A stretch of 64,000 nucleotides of DNA from Candidatus Poribacteria bacterium (GCA_965242965.1 OZ251518.1:5408001-5472000); one strand, 5' to 3'; counted from the first letter of the stretch, positions 1-10,599 are shown. Notes: a model not told the origin generated them from the letters alone. Made by a program: numbers and translations.

Positions 1-85
1 AGGATGTAAGTGCCTATGGTTTTTCCTCCTCTCTCAGGCAGAATTCCCGGTAGGCGCGGTTTGAAATCGCGCCTACGGAGATTAT

Positions 86-2017
86 TCAACGTCCGTTTTT
101 ATCTATCCAGCACTGTTCGGGATAGCTCGTTGCGGGGGTGACGATAGCCCAGGGCCCCAAGATGCCGTCGTTTGGCACGTTATGAAAATGGTTCGCGACG
201 ACGAGCAGCGAAGGCGAACGCGCCGCCGACCCGAGATGAAAAGGACCTTCGTCAATGTGGATGCGCACGGCATCGCGGACGTATTGGTGCCGCTGTTTTT
301 CATCGGGTTCCCGCTTGATTGCGTCGTATAAATCGAGCAGTTTTTTGAGCGGCCCAGTAGGCGGTTCGCCTTTTTCGCCGCCGGTCTCATACCATTTTCC
401 CACCTTCGGATGCCAATACTTGGGCAGCGTTGGAAACACCCAGTCAGGATAGGTAAACAGATCCATTTCTGCCTCACCGTGCATGCTAATCGTGAATTTG
501 CCGAGGGTGCGGCGCAAACTCAACTCTGCGCCCGGCGGCGTGTAGAGCATCGTTTTTAAGCCGAGTGCCTCCCATCCCTCCTGAATAATCAACCCGATGT
601 CGTTCTCTTGGCTGTTCAGATTGGAGCTCGGCACATCCATCAGCATCTCAATCCGTCTGCCATCGTAACGTAGGCGATAGCCGTCCTTATCGCGCGTGGT
701 TAACTGCATTTCGTCTAAAAGTCGGTTTCCCGCGGCGATGTCAAAATCGGCATCGGCGCGCTTCCATTCTTCAAACAGCGTCTGTCCATCTTCGTCAGCG
801 AAGTGCCAGCCTTCTTGGCTCACCGTAGCGGCTTGCGGTTCGAGCAGCCCGCGCCACGCAATCTCGTTGCATTTCTCTCTATCAATGCCGTAGGCGAGTG
901 CCTTCCGAAACCGCTGATCGCGGATGAGCTGCCGTAACACCGGGTCTGGCGCAGTCCAGTTAATCAGGATGGCTGGCTGCGCGCCTGCCGTGCTTTTCCA
1001 CCGCCGCACGGTATAGCCGCCCTTCTCTTGGCCCTTCAGATAGAGAGCCAAATCTCGTAATTCCATGCCGCGGTATTGGCAATCAATTTCGCCTGCGAGG
1101 ATTTTGAGGACGCGCACCTGCGGTTCCGGCACCAAGCTGGTTTTCACTTTGTCAATGTAAGGCAGCTGCCTTCCTTCCGTGTCCACTACATAATAATACG
1201 GATTGCGTTCCAATTCAACCCGAAAGCCACCCTTTTCATATTTTCTGATGCGCCACGGCCACAGCGTTGGACGTTCGGGGTTTTGGTGCGGGAGATTCTC
1301 CTTCTCGAATTGGATAAAATTTTCATGCGCCGAACCGCTATCGGGGTGAAACTGCATCATGTAGTGCTTTGGGATGTTGTATTGATTGCACCACCAAAAC
1401 CCTGTCGCTAGCCACAGCGGGACGAGCCAATTCGGTCCGGCGAATTTCATCACGATGGTGTAGTCATCGGGTGTTTCAACCTCCATCGGGATGCCGTTCA
1501 CTTTGCACCAGACAGGGGGGCTACGTTTGTATCGTTCGTCAAGGCAGAGTTCATACCAGAAAGCGAACGATTCGGAGGTATAGGGATGCCCGTCAGACCA
1601 GCGGACTCCCTTACGGAGATATAGCGTCAGCACGCTGCCATCTTCGTTGAATTCCCATGATTCGGCGATGCCGGGTTCCAGACCGGATGCATCGAATTTC
1701 CAACGAATGAGCGGCGCGTAACCTGCAGTCATCTTCCATGTCCCGAGCTCTGGGTGCGTATGAAATCGGTGCCAGATGCCGCCGTAGATGCCGGGCTTCT
1801 CGTAGCCATCAAAGTCGGTTTTAGCGACGAGTGGCTTTTCCGGCAATCGTTCGGCGAGGGGAGGCAGTCCGCCATCGGCAACCTTTTTTGCGAGCATGGG
1901 TGCCTCTTTCGCCTCCAGTCCGTTTGGGAAGCTGGAGGTATCTTCGACGCGGTTTTCCGCGCATCCAACGAGCAAAACGAGTAAGGTGAACGTGAAAATC
2001 TGTCGACATATTTTCAT
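86..2017 (-). CDS. ABC transporter substrate-binding lipoprotein, family 5 (oligopeptide/oligosaccharide, OppA/DppA-like)
   Basis: Start moved to ATG 2017 (AAGGAGG RBS; ATGA overlap with upstream gene). Lipobox LLVGC; motifs LAERLPEKP, AESWE..LRKGVRWSDGHP, RNPYY..D.EG.QLPYID, FRKAL..GIDR. Confidence 0.9.
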   Translation of the reverse strand: MKICRQIFTFTLLVLLVGCAENRVEDTSSFPNGLEAKEAPMLAKKVADGGLPPLAERLPEKPLVAKTDFDGYEKPGIYGGIWHRFHTHPELGTWKMTAGYAPLIRWKFDASGLEPGIAESWEFNEDGSVLTLYLRKGVRWSDGHPYTSESFAFWYELCLDERYKRSPPVWCKVNGIPMEVETPDDYTIVMKFAGPNWLVPLWLATGFWWCNQYNIPKHYMMQFHPDSGSAHENFIQFEKENLPHQNPERPTLWPWRIRKYEKGGFRVELERNPYYYVVDTEGRQLPYIDKVKTSLVPEPQVRVLKILAGEIDCQYRGMELRDLALYLKGQEKGGYTVRRWKSTAGAQPAILINWTAPDPVLRQLIRDQRFRKALAYGIDREKCNEIAWRGLLEPQAATVSQEGWHFADEDGQTLFEEWKRADADFDIAAGNRLLDEMQLTTRDKDGYRLRYDGRRIEMLMDVPSSNLNSQENDIGLIIQEGWEALGLKTMLYTPPGAELSLRRTLGKFTISMHGEAEMDLFTYPDWVFPTLPKYWHPKVGKWYETGGEKGEPPTGPLKKLLDLYDAIKREPDEKQRHQYVRDAVRIHIDEGPFHLGSAARSPSLLVVANHFHNVPNDGILGPWAIVTPATSYPEQCWIDKNGR

Positions 2018-2976
2018 TCCGAATATTCCTCCTTTTCGAGTGAGGCGGCGAAGGTATCCAGGTCTGCGCACACGCGTGCGAAGAGTTCGTGGATGTGCTT
2101 GGCATGCGCTTCGGTGAGTTCATAAATCAGTTCTTCACTGTAGATGTTATGAACTTTGTGGCGGAAATCTAGCAAATCTTTTAATTGCGCCGCCGTTTCC
2201 TCGGATATAACGGGCGGCCGCTCCGTGCGGCGTGCCCCCATCTGTTGCAGCAACTCGTTATGCCATTTCTCGCTATTTGGGACATGCCTGTCTACCGCGC
2301 GCGCTATCCTCTCAAAAATCGTTTCTACGCCATCGTAAACTTTAGTGAGTTTCATAGCAATCGATTCCTCTATATATTTGCTATGATTCGGTGCAACTAC
2401 TTTCATGTCATCCAACGCTTCTGCGATACTCACCACAGTTCGCTCAATTTTAGCGCGTTCATCGTTGATGCGCTGGATGAGTCGGCTTCGGTTCATTTCG
2501 TAGTGTGCTCTCTGTTCCGCTGCTCTCGGCGCCACATCGCCGGCAAACGTGTTTTGCTGTGTCCCCCCGACGCGGTTTTCAATAAAAACGGCTTGCCTTT
2601 TCACGCGCTCCCGGAAGAGTCCTTTCGTCTCCTCAAAGGTGACGAAATCGATGTTGAAAGTTGCATCGAAGTAGACGACTTTGCCATACGCGTCCCAATA
2701 GGCTTCGTTAGGCATGCCCCAGGCGACAATATCAATATCCGAGAACGCCGAAAACGCCTCCCTCTCTGCGAGGGAGCCGAACACGGCGACGCGCGTTGCG
2801 CCGAAGTCTTGATAGAGCATGTCTGCAATTTGATGTGCCGTTTTCCATGCGCGTTGGAGCAATGCTTCATCGACATGCCGCGTTTTCCACTGCTGCTCTA
2901 AATGCCGGCGGCAGTCGGCGAGTTCCTCCGGCGACATTGTATGCGGGGGTGGATAGGTTGCTGTGACTTTGCGCAT
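2014..2976 (-). CDS. Minimal nucleotidyltransferase (MNT)-HEPN fusion protein, copy 1
   Basis: N-terminal VFGSLAE...SDIDI MNT motif; C-terminal HepT-like helical domain WHNELL..M..RPPVIS..LDFRHKVHNIY. Confidence 0.8.
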   Translation of the reverse strand: MRKVTATYPPPHTMSPEELADCRRHLEQQWKTRHVDEALLQRAWKTAHQIADMLYQDFGATRVAVFGSLAEREAFSAFSDIDIVAWGMPNEAYWDAYGKVVYFDATFNIDFVTFEETKGLFRERVKRQAVFIENRVGGTQQNTFAGDVAPRAAEQRAHYEMNRSRLIQRINDERAKIERTVVSIAEALDDMKVVAPNHSKYIEESIAMKLTKVYDGVETIFERIARAVDRHVPNSEKWHNELLQQMGARRTERPPVISEETAAQLKDLLDFRHKVHNIYSEELIYELTEAHAKHIHELFARVCADLDTFAASLEKEEYSE

Positions 2977-2977
2977 T

Positions 2978-3943
2978 TTAAGCGTCCTCCTGCTGTGTAG
3001 CGAGTGCAGCGGCGAAGGTATCCAGGTCTGCGCATACGCGCGCGAAGAGTTCGTGGATTTTCATCACGTGCACCTTGGTGTAGTCGTAAACCAATTTGTG
3101 CCCGTAAATGTGAGTCACCTTGTGGCGAAAATTCAAGAGTTCTTCAAGTAACCTCGCCGTTTCGTGGGAGATGACAGGCGGCCGCCCTGCGCGCCGTTCT
3201 GCCATTTGTGCGAGGAGGCTTTTATGCCATTCCGCGTCACTAGGTAGAGCCCCATCTACCTCCTGGGCAACGCGTTCAAAAATGTTCTTGATGCCATTGT
3301 AGACCTCGGCAAGATCATAGGCAATCACCTTTTCAAATGCGCGTCTGTATTTCGGGGCAACCTCCTCCAGGCCTTCCAATTCTGTTGCGATTTCAGCGAG
3401 GGTTGATTCTATTTCGACGCATTCATCGGCGATGCGTTGGATAAGTTTGCGCCGATTCATTTCATAAGTTCCTCCCTGTTCGGCGGGATTCACCGGCTGT
3501 TGAAGAGCGGCGGCTGGGTATTTGTAGAGGCCAGCCTCTATTGTTTCAATACCGATGGCTTGCTGCTGTATCCGTTGGCGGAAAAGTCCCTTCGTCGCCT
3601 CAAAATTGACCAGGTCGATCTGGAACTCCGGACTAAAGCCGGTTGTTTTCCCGAGGGCATCACAATACTCGGCATCCGAAAGTCCCCACACGGCGATGTC
3701 AATATCTGACCGCGGTGTAAACCAGTCCCTCTCGGCGAGGGAACCGAACACGGCTACCTGCGTTGCGCCGAAGTCTTGATAAAGCATGGCTGCAATCTGA
3801 TGTGCCGTTTTCCATGCGCGTTGGAGCAATGCTTCATCGACATGCCGCGTGGCCCACTGCTGTTCTAAATGCTGGCGGCAGGCGGCGAGTTCCTCCGGCG
3901 ACATTGTATGCGAGGGTGGATAGGTTGCTGTGACTTTACGCAT
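2978..3943 (-). CDS. MNT-HEPN fusion protein, copy 2
   Basis: Start at ATG 3943 by homology with paralogs (MRKVTATYPP). GSLAE...SDIDI motif; HEPN motif FRHKVTHIY (R-x4-H-x-Y). Confidence 0.8.
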   Translation of the reverse strand: MRKVTATYPPSHTMSPEELAACRQHLEQQWATRHVDEALLQRAWKTAHQIAAMLYQDFGATQVAVFGSLAERDWFTPRSDIDIAVWGLSDAEYCDALGKTTGFSPEFQIDLVNFEATKGLFRQRIQQQAIGIETIEAGLYKYPAAALQQPVNPAEQGGTYEMNRRKLIQRIADECVEIESTLAEIATELEGLEEVAPKYRRAFEKVIAYDLAEVYNGIKNIFERVAQEVDGALPSDAEWHKSLLAQMAERRAGRPPVISHETARLLEELLNFRHKVTHIYGHKLVYDYTKVHVMKIHELFARVCADLDTFAAALATQQEDA

Positions 3944-3944
3944 T

Positions 3945-4907
3945 TTAAACTCCCTCCTGCTGCGTGGCGAGTGCAGCGGCGAAGGTATCCAGGTCTGCGC
4001 ACACGCGTGCGAAGAGTTCGTGGATGTGCTTGGCATGTTCCTCGGTGAGTGCGTGAACCAGTTCCTCTCCATAGCTCTTGCGAACCTTGTGGCGGAACTC
4101 TAAGAGTTCTCTTAAGAGTGCTGTTGTCTCTAGGGAGAGGACAGGCGGCCGCCCTGCGCGCCGTTCTGTCATTTGAGCGAGGAGGTTTTTGTGCCACTCA
4201 GCGCCGCTTGGGACATGCGCGTCCACTTCACGAGCGATGCGTTCAAAAATGTTCTCTATCCCCTCGTAGACCTCGGCAAGATCCGTGGCCATCGCGATTT
4301 CAATGAATTCTCCGTATTTAGTGTCAGCTTCTTCATGCATCGCTACTGCTCTGTCGATCCTTGCAATCGTCCGCTCAATTTTTGCGCGTTCATCGTTGAT
4401 GCGCTGGATGAGTCGGCTTCGGTTCATTTCGTAGCATCCTCCCGGTGCCGCCGCTCTCGGCGGCACATCGCCGGCAAACGTGTTTTGCGGTGTCTGCTCG
4501 GCGCGGTTTTCAATAAAAACGGCTTGCCTTTGCACGCGCTCTCGGAAAAGTCCTTTTGTATTTTCAAAAGCGACGAAATCGATGTTGAAAGTTGCATCGA
4601 AGTAGACGACTTTGCCATACGCGTCCCAATAGGCTTCGTTAGGCATGCCCCAGGCGACAATATCGATATCCGAGAACGCCGAAAACGCCTCCCTCTCGGC
4701 GAGGGAGCCGAACACGGCGACGCGCGTTGCGCCGAAGTCTTGATAGAGCATGGCTGCAATCTGCTGGGCTGTTTTCCATGCGCGTTGGAGCAATGCTTCA
4801 TCGACATGCCGTGTTGCCCACTGCTGCGCCAAGTGCCGGCGGCAGGCGGCGAGTTCTTCCGGCGACATCGTATGCGGTGGCGGATAGGTTGCTGTGACTT
4901 TGCGCAT
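3945..4907 (-). CDS. MNT-HEPN fusion protein, copy 3
   Basis: Paralog of copies 1 and 2; GSLAE...SDIDI; HEPN motif FRHKVRKSY. Confidence 0.8.
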   Translation of the reverse strand: MRKVTATYPPPHTMSPEELAACRRHLAQQWATRHVDEALLQRAWKTAQQIAAMLYQDFGATRVAVFGSLAEREAFSAFSDIDIVAWGMPNEAYWDAYGKVVYFDATFNIDFVAFENTKGLFRERVQRQAVFIENRAEQTPQNTFAGDVPPRAAAPGGCYEMNRSRLIQRINDERAKIERTIARIDRAVAMHEEADTKYGEFIEIAMATDLAEVYEGIENIFERIAREVDAHVPSGAEWHKNLLAQMTERRAGRPPVLSLETTALLRELLEFRHKVRKSYGEELVHALTEEHAKHIHELFARVCADLDTFAAALATQQEGV

Positions 4908-4948
4908 GATGCACCTCTGGTTGTTTGAACGCGGAGACAGGCCCCGCG

Positions 4949-6628
4949 CTACGTCACCTCAAGTTGGAGTTGCGTTTCTTCGACTTCTCGCACGGCTTTT
5001 GGAACTTCGCTTCTGGCAGAACTTGGCATCTGTGGTTGCCGATTTTCCATCAAATCGCTGACACTCCAGAATTGGAATGCGGGCCATGTTTGGCCATCTA
5101 ACGGATGCACGAATGTCCGCTGTCCCACCTGTTCCACCCGCGCTTTCGCCTCGGGTGTCAACACGTCGGCATAGTCCTTGTGCCGGTGTCCATGCAGGCT
5201 GATGAAAATGCCCATCGTTGCTTCTTCCGCCGACATCACGCCGAGGAATTCATCTATCTCACGCCGGCCGATGCGCTTGCTCGTCTTGACTTGGACGAGG
5301 ATGAGCCCCTCTTTATCCTGTCCTTTTTCGTCGACACCGAGGTAAAGCGTGCCCCATCCATCGATGCCGCCATCACGGCTGAGGCTCTGACTCGGCTGCA
5401 ACAGGAGACGGCCCTGTGCATCCCGAATCTGACCGAGGATGAAATTCTGGAAGTCATACCGTGCCTGATGTTTGTTTCGCCGGTTATTTTTGCTCTTCTC
5501 AGCAAGTGCTTGGATTTCCTGTGCCTCAAGTTCCGCGAGTTGGACGGCTTCCTCATAAGAGGTAGGCGTGTTGTAGAGGGAGAACCCGTTTCCGAGCCGA
5601 AGTTCTTCATCGGCGAATGCATCCTGCAGGCGTTCCTTGACGACGTTAATCGCGCCGTAGCTGATGTCCATGCCGAGCCAGCGGCGATTGAGTTTCTGGG
5701 CGGCATGGAGCGTCGTGCCGCAGCCACAGAACGGATCGAGAATCACATCACCTTCATTTGAGGAGGTTTTGATGAGCCGTTCTAGCAACGCGAGGGGTTT
5801 CTGTGTCGGATACCCCAGCCGTTCTTTCGCCTGCGAATTCAGCACCGGTACTTCAAAGACATCAAAAGCCGGCGTGCCCTCAGCTTTTCTATCAACAACC
5901 CGGCTGTATCGCGACATGTCAATCTCGCCTTTCGCGACAGCGGCATCAAATACCTCGCGGTCCTCCACGATAATCTGCCGCCGCCTCACGCCTTTATCAT
6001 TGTAAGTGTTCGTGCTATACCCCCGTGCAGAGGCTTCGGTTCTCTTCCTCGCCACATACTGGGTATTGAATACCAGATTCTGGGTTTTGGAATAGAATAG
6101 CAAGATATCGTGCATCCGCTGGTACTGGTTTGAAGCGGCCGCCCACCGCCGATAAAACCAGACAATCTCATTCCGGAAGTTTTCTTCCCCGAAGATTGCG
6201 TCCATCATCACTTTGAGATAATGACTCGCCGTCGCATCGCAGTGGAGATAAACGCTGCCTGTCGGTTTCAACACGCGATGGATTTCAATGAGTCGTTCTG
6301 CCATGTAGAAGCAGTAAGCCGTCATCGGTTTTTCACCGAGGAGGAGATATACGCCGCGCGCCATGTTTGCAATCTCCGCGCGTGGCGAGGCGAGGAGCCG
6401 TTCGTAAGCGCGCTGCGCGGCTGCATCCCAGTGCCACATATCGTGGAATGCCATCGCCGGTGGCTTTTGCTGTTTACCCTTTTCCTTGCGTTGAAAGGGC
6501 CGGTTATAGTTTGCATTGGAGTTGAAAGGCGGATCGAGATAGCATCCGTCCACCGTTTCATCTGCAATATATTTTCGGAGATTGTAGAGACAATCACCGT
6601 AAAAAAGCGCGTTACTGAGTGTCGTCAT
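4949..6628 (-). CDS. Site-specific DNA methyltransferase (beta-class N6A/N4C) fused to C-terminal Mrr-like restriction endonuclease domain, copy A
   Basis: YLDPPF (motif IV), YPTQKP, LDPFCGCGTT (motif I); C-terminal DGGIDG...LVQVKT...GIFIS Mrr-like motif. Confidence 0.85.
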   Translation of the reverse strand: MTTLSNALFYGDCLYNLRKYIADETVDGCYLDPPFNSNANYNRPFQRKEKGKQQKPPAMAFHDMWHWDAAAQRAYERLLASPRAEIANMARGVYLLLGEKPMTAYCFYMAERLIEIHRVLKPTGSVYLHCDATASHYLKVMMDAIFGEENFRNEIVWFYRRWAAASNQYQRMHDILLFYSKTQNLVFNTQYVARKRTEASARGYSTNTYNDKGVRRRQIIVEDREVFDAAVAKGEIDMSRYSRVVDRKAEGTPAFDVFEVPVLNSQAKERLGYPTQKPLALLERLIKTSSNEGDVILDPFCGCGTTLHAAQKLNRRWLGMDISYGAINVVKERLQDAFADEELRLGNGFSLYNTPTSYEEAVQLAELEAQEIQALAEKSKNNRRNKHQARYDFQNFILGQIRDAQGRLLLQPSQSLSRDGGIDGWGTLYLGVDEKGQDKEGLILVQVKTSKRIGRREIDEFLGVMSAEEATMGIFISLHGHRHKDYADVLTPEAKARVEQVGQRTFVHPLDGQTWPAFQFWSVSDLMENRQPQMPSSARSEVPKAVREVEETQLQLEVT

Positions 6629-8217
6629 TTCAGCACCTCCGCAACGGCCAATTCCAGCTGCATCTCTTCGACTTCGCGAACCGCCTTTGGAACTTCGCTT
6701 CTGGCAGTGCTTGGCATCTGTGGTTGCCGATTTTCCATCAAATCACTGACGCTCCAGAATTGGAATGTGGGCCATGCCTGGCCATCTAACGGATGCACGA
6801 ACGTCCGTTTTCCTACCTGTTCCACTCGCGCTTTTGCCTCGGGTGTCAACACATCGGCATAGTCCTTGTGCCGGTGTCCATGGAGGCTGATGAAGATACC
6901 CATCGCCGCTTCTTCCGCCGACATCACACCGAGGAATTCGTCTATCTCGCGCCGGCCGATGCGCTTGCTCGTCTTGACTTGGACGAGGATGAGCCCCTCT
7001 TTGTCCTTCCCTTTTTCGTCAACGCCGAGATAGAGGGTGCCCCATCCATCGATGCCGCCATCGCGACTCAGACTCTGACTCGGTTGCAAGAGGAGTCTGC
7101 CTTGCGCGTCCCGAATCTGGCCGAGGATGAAGTTCTGGAAGTCATACCGTGCCTGATGCTTGCTGCGGCCGTGCTGATTCTTCGCTTGAACCTGCTGGAC
7201 TTCCTCAGCCTCCCGTTGTGCTAAGGCCACCACCTGTTCGTAAGAATCAGGCGCGTTGTAGGTGGCAAAGCGGAGTTCTTCGTCTGCGAAAGCGTCTTGC
7301 AGGCGTTCTTTGACGACGTTAATCGCGCCGTAGCTGATGTCCATACCCAGCCAGCGGCGGTTCAGTTTCTGTGCGGCGTGGAGCGTCGTGCCACAGCCAC
7401 AGAACGGATCGAGAATGAGATCTCCCTCATTGGAACACGCTTTGACGATGCGCTCAAGGAGTGCCAGCGGTTTCTGGGTGGGATACCCCAATTTTTCGGT
7501 AGAGAAACTTTTGATCATAATTGAGTCAAGTCTATCCCCGGGATGACAATTCCAAGTGTCTTCTATCGGGATACCCTTGCCTGTCGGTTTCGACCCGTCT
7601 CGTCGGACATAATCCGGCGGATACGGCAAATACTCCTTGTTAAACACTTTTTGTGCTGCGGGAGTTTTCGTATAGTAAAGCAACGTATCGTGATTGCGGA
7701 TCCAACCGCGCTTCTGCGTTTTAAACCCGCTCACCCAGCCGATTCGCCAGATAACTTCATTCCGGAAGTTTTCTGTCCCGAAAATCGCGTCTAGCATTAC
7801 CTTGAGATAGTGACTCGCCGTGGCATCGCAATGGAGATAGACGCTGCCTGTCGGTTTCAACACGCGGTGAATCTCGATGAGCCGTTCTGCCATGTAGAAG
7901 CAGTAAGCTGTCATCGGTTTTTCGCCGAGGAGGAGATACACGCCGCGCGCCATGTTTGCAATCTCGGCACGTGGCGAGGCGAGGAGTCGTTCGTAAGCAC
8001 GCTGCGCGGCTTCATCCCAGTGCCACATATCGTGGAATGCCATCGCCGGTGGTTTCTTTTGTTTCCCCTTTTCCTTGCGTTGAAAAGGCCGGTTGTAGTT
8101 TGCATTGGAGTTGAAAGGCGGATCGAGATAACATCCATCCACCGTTTCATCTGCAATATATTTTCGGAGATTGTAGAGACAATCGCCGTAAAAGAGGGCA
8201 TTTTCAAGGTTTTTCAT
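6625..8217 (-). CDS. Site-specific DNA methyltransferase-Mrr-like fusion, copy B
   Basis: Start ATG 8217 overlaps the upstream stop (TGATG). Same motifs as copy A with a different central target-recognition region. Confidence 0.85.
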   Translation of the reverse strand: MKNLENALFYGDCLYNLRKYIADETVDGCYLDPPFNSNANYNRPFQRKEKGKQKKPPAMAFHDMWHWDEAAQRAYERLLASPRAEIANMARGVYLLLGEKPMTAYCFYMAERLIEIHRVLKPTGSVYLHCDATASHYLKVMLDAIFGTENFRNEVIWRIGWVSGFKTQKRGWIRNHDTLLYYTKTPAAQKVFNKEYLPYPPDYVRRDGSKPTGKGIPIEDTWNCHPGDRLDSIMIKSFSTEKLGYPTQKPLALLERIVKACSNEGDLILDPFCGCGTTLHAAQKLNRRWLGMDISYGAINVVKERLQDAFADEELRFATYNAPDSYEQVVALAQREAEEVQQVQAKNQHGRSKHQARYDFQNFILGQIRDAQGRLLLQPSQSLSRDGGIDGWGTLYLGVDEKGKDKEGLILVQVKTSKRIGRREIDEFLGVMSAEEAAMGIFISLHGHRHKDYADVLTPEAKARVEQVGKRTFVHPLDGQAWPTFQFWSVSDLMENRQPQMPSTARSEVPKAVREVEEMQLELAVAEVLK

Positions 8218-9224
8218 CAGACTCCTTTTAATTCCAACGTCTCGCTGTGATGACACGCTACCTGCACACCGGGCGCGACTTCTCGGAGTTGCGGCGTTTC
8301 TTGTTTACACTGCTCGGTTGCGTAACGGCACCGTGGGTGGAAATGACACCCGGTCGGCGGTTGCCCCGGGTCTGGCACGTCACCCTCTAATCGGATTTGT
8401 TCGCGTTTGCGTTGCACGCTCGGGTCGGGGAGCGGCACGGCGGATATTAACGCTTCCGTGTAAGGATGCTTTGGCGCGCTATACAGTGCCGCCGCATCGC
8501 TTATCTCCACAATCCTGCCGAGATACATCACTGCCACTCTATCGCTGATATGCTCAACAACGCTCAAGTCGTGCGCGATAAAAATATAGGAGAGTTGGAA
8601 CTTCTCACGCAGTTCCGCCAACAGATTCAGAATTTGTGCCTGCACAGAGACATCAAGTGCCGAGACCGGCTCATCGGCGACAATCAGTTCGGGATTCAGT
8701 GCCAATGCGCGCGCAATCCCGATGCGCTGACGTTGTCCACCGCTGAAGGCGTGCGGGTACCGCCGCATATCCTGTGGTTTCAACCCGACAGATTCCAAGA
8801 GTTCGGCGATACGTTCTTGGATTTGCGATTTCGTCAACATTAACGTTTGTGTATTGACGCGCAGCGGCTCTCCGACGATGTCCCCTACTGTCATCCGCGG
8901 GTTGAGGGAAGCGTGCGGATCTTGGAAAATCATCTGGATGCGCCAGCGATAAGGTTGCATCTCGCGATGCGTCAGTGTCGCCAGATCTACCTGTTCCTTT
9001 CCAAAGGTAAAGCTGCCGCTCGTCGGTGGAATTAAGCGGAGGATGCACCGTCCCGCAGTTGTTTTGCCGCATCCGCTTTCACCGACGAGGCCAAGCGTTT
9101 CGCCGCGCTGCACGTCAAAACTAATACCGTCTACCGCTTTGACATGGCCGACGGTGCGTTGCAGGAGCCCTTTCTGGATTGGAAAATATTTTCGGAGGTC
9201 TCGCACCTCTAGCAGTTTTGTCAT
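8217..9224 (-). CDS. Oligopeptide/dipeptide ABC transporter ATP-binding protein (OppF/DppF-like)
   Basis: GESGCGKT Walker A, FSGGQRQR signature, [10 protein letters not shown]-terminal GCHFHPRC. Confidence 0.93.
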   Translation of the reverse strand: MTKLLEVRDLRKYFPIQKGLLQRTVGHVKAVDGISFDVQRGETLGLVGESGCGKTTAGRCILRLIPPTSGSFTFGKEQVDLATLTHREMQPYRWRIQMIFQDPHASLNPRMTVGDIVGEPLRVNTQTLMLTKSQIQERIAELLESVGLKPQDMRRYPHAFSGGQRQRIGIARALALNPELIVADEPVSALDVSVQAQILNLLAELREKFQLSYIFIAHDLSVVEHISDRVAVMYLGRIVEISDAAALYSAPKHPYTEALISAVPLPDPSVQRKREQIRLEGDVPDPGQPPTGCHFHPRCRYATEQCKQETPQLREVAPGVQVACHHSETLELKGV

Positions 9225-9491
9225 GGTTTTTGTTAGTTTTGCCGGACAGGCGAGGGACAGGCCCTCGCCCTACGATACCCGCGTGGTGTTTGGCGAGGGA
9301 TAGTCCCTCGCCATGCGTTTTGCTGTCAGGGCGCATCACCTCTGTAGGTCAGGATCGCCAGATCCTGACCCGTTTGTGATCAGGCGATCACAAACTACAG
9401 CGGTGGGCCCGATGCCTGCCGGTATTCGCCCACCCTCCAAGGCGGGATAAATACCGAAACGGAGATATGAAACACCCTCAGTAATTTGGTT

Positions 9492-10511
9492 TTACGTTTT
9501 TTCATGCAGCCAGCATCGCGCTGCATGTTTATTTTCGACGATTTTGAGTTCCGGCATCTGTTCGCACGCCGACATCCGTTCCGCGCATCGTGGCGCGAAC
9601 GAACAGCCAGCAGGCAGTCCCAACGGATGCGGCACCGTCCCCGGAATGGAGGGCAACGTTTCTTGTGCTGTCCCACCGAGAACGGGAATGGATTTGAGTA
9701 GCCCGTGCGTGTAAGGATGCAACGGGTTATAGAAAATGTCGTCAACGCTTCCCTTTTCAACGACTCGCCCGGCATACATGACAACGACTTCATCGGCGAG
9801 GTCGGCGATAACCCCGAGGTCGTGCGTGATGAGCATAATCGCCATCCCCATTTCGTCTTGGAGTGCCTGCATCAGTGCCAGCACTTGTGCTTGGATGGTG
9901 ACATCAAGTGCTGTCGTCGGTTCATCGGCGATGAGGAGTGCAGGCGAGCAACAGAGTGCCATCGCAATCATGACGCGCTGCCGCATGCCGCCGGAGAGTT
10001 GATGCGGGTATTCATCAACGCGCTGCGCAGGCGCGGGGATGCCGACGCGGGCGAGCATCTCAATAGCACGTTCTCGCCCCGTTTTCTTGTCAACTCCCTC
10101 GTGCAGTATCACTGCCTCCGCAATCTGATTGCCGACGGTGTAGACAGGGTTGAGGGATGTCATCGGCTCTTGGAAAATGATGGCGATTTCGTTGCCGCGG
10201 ATCTGGCGCATCAACTCGCTTTTCGGTGAGACTTGCGCGATATCCAACGGTGTTTCGTCGCCATTACGGTAAAATAGCAGTTCACCTGCCTCAATGCGCC
10301 CTGGCGATGGCACGAGTTGGAGCAGCGATAGCCCGGTAATGCTTTTCCCGCAACCGCTTTCACCGACAACGCCGACGGTCTGCCCGCGCGCAATTTCAAA
10401 ACTGACATCGTTCACGGCGTTGACGATGCCGTCTTCTGTCGGAAAAACGGTTTTCAGACCGGAAATTTCCAATAGCGGGTGTTGATAAGATTTTTCGGTT
10501 GTTGATGCCAT
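9492..10511 (-). CDS. Oligopeptide/dipeptide ABC transporter ATP-binding protein (OppD/DppD-like)
   Basis: [33 protein letters not shown]. Confidence 0.93.
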   Translation of the reverse strand: MASTTEKSYQHPLLEISGLKTVFPTEDGIVNAVNDVSFEIARGQTVGVVGESGCGKSITGLSLLQLVPSPGRIEAGELLFYRNGDETPLDIAQVSPKSELMRQIRGNEIAIIFQEPMTSLNPVYTVGNQIAEAVILHEGVDKKTGRERAIEMLARVGIPAPAQRVDEYPHQLSGGMRQRVMIAMALCCSPALLIADEPTTALDVTIQAQVLALMQALQDEMGMAIMLITHDLGVIADLADEVVVMYAGRVVEKGSVDDIFYNPLHPYTHGLLKSIPVLGGTAQETLPSIPGTVPHPLGLPAGCSFAPRCAERMSACEQMPELKIVENKHAARCWLHEKT

Positions 10512-10561
10512 CCGCTCGCGGTGCTCCTCTCTCGCGCAAAAAGTTTTAAGTGATATTGCAT

Positions 10562-10590
10562 ATTTTACATAAAAAATGGTTTTATGTCAA
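10562..10590 (-). promoter_or_regulatory. Sigma70-type promoter for the ABC/defence operon
   Basis: Minus strand TTGACA-N17-TAAAAT about 50 bp upstream of ATG 10511. Confidence 0.65.
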
Positions 10591-10599
10591 GTTTTTTTG

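Noticed and set aside
2185-4928. Plus-strand ORFs of 238 and 251 aa that resemble each other
   Set aside because: Antisense to the duplicated MNT-HEPN genes; the similarity comes from the duplication.
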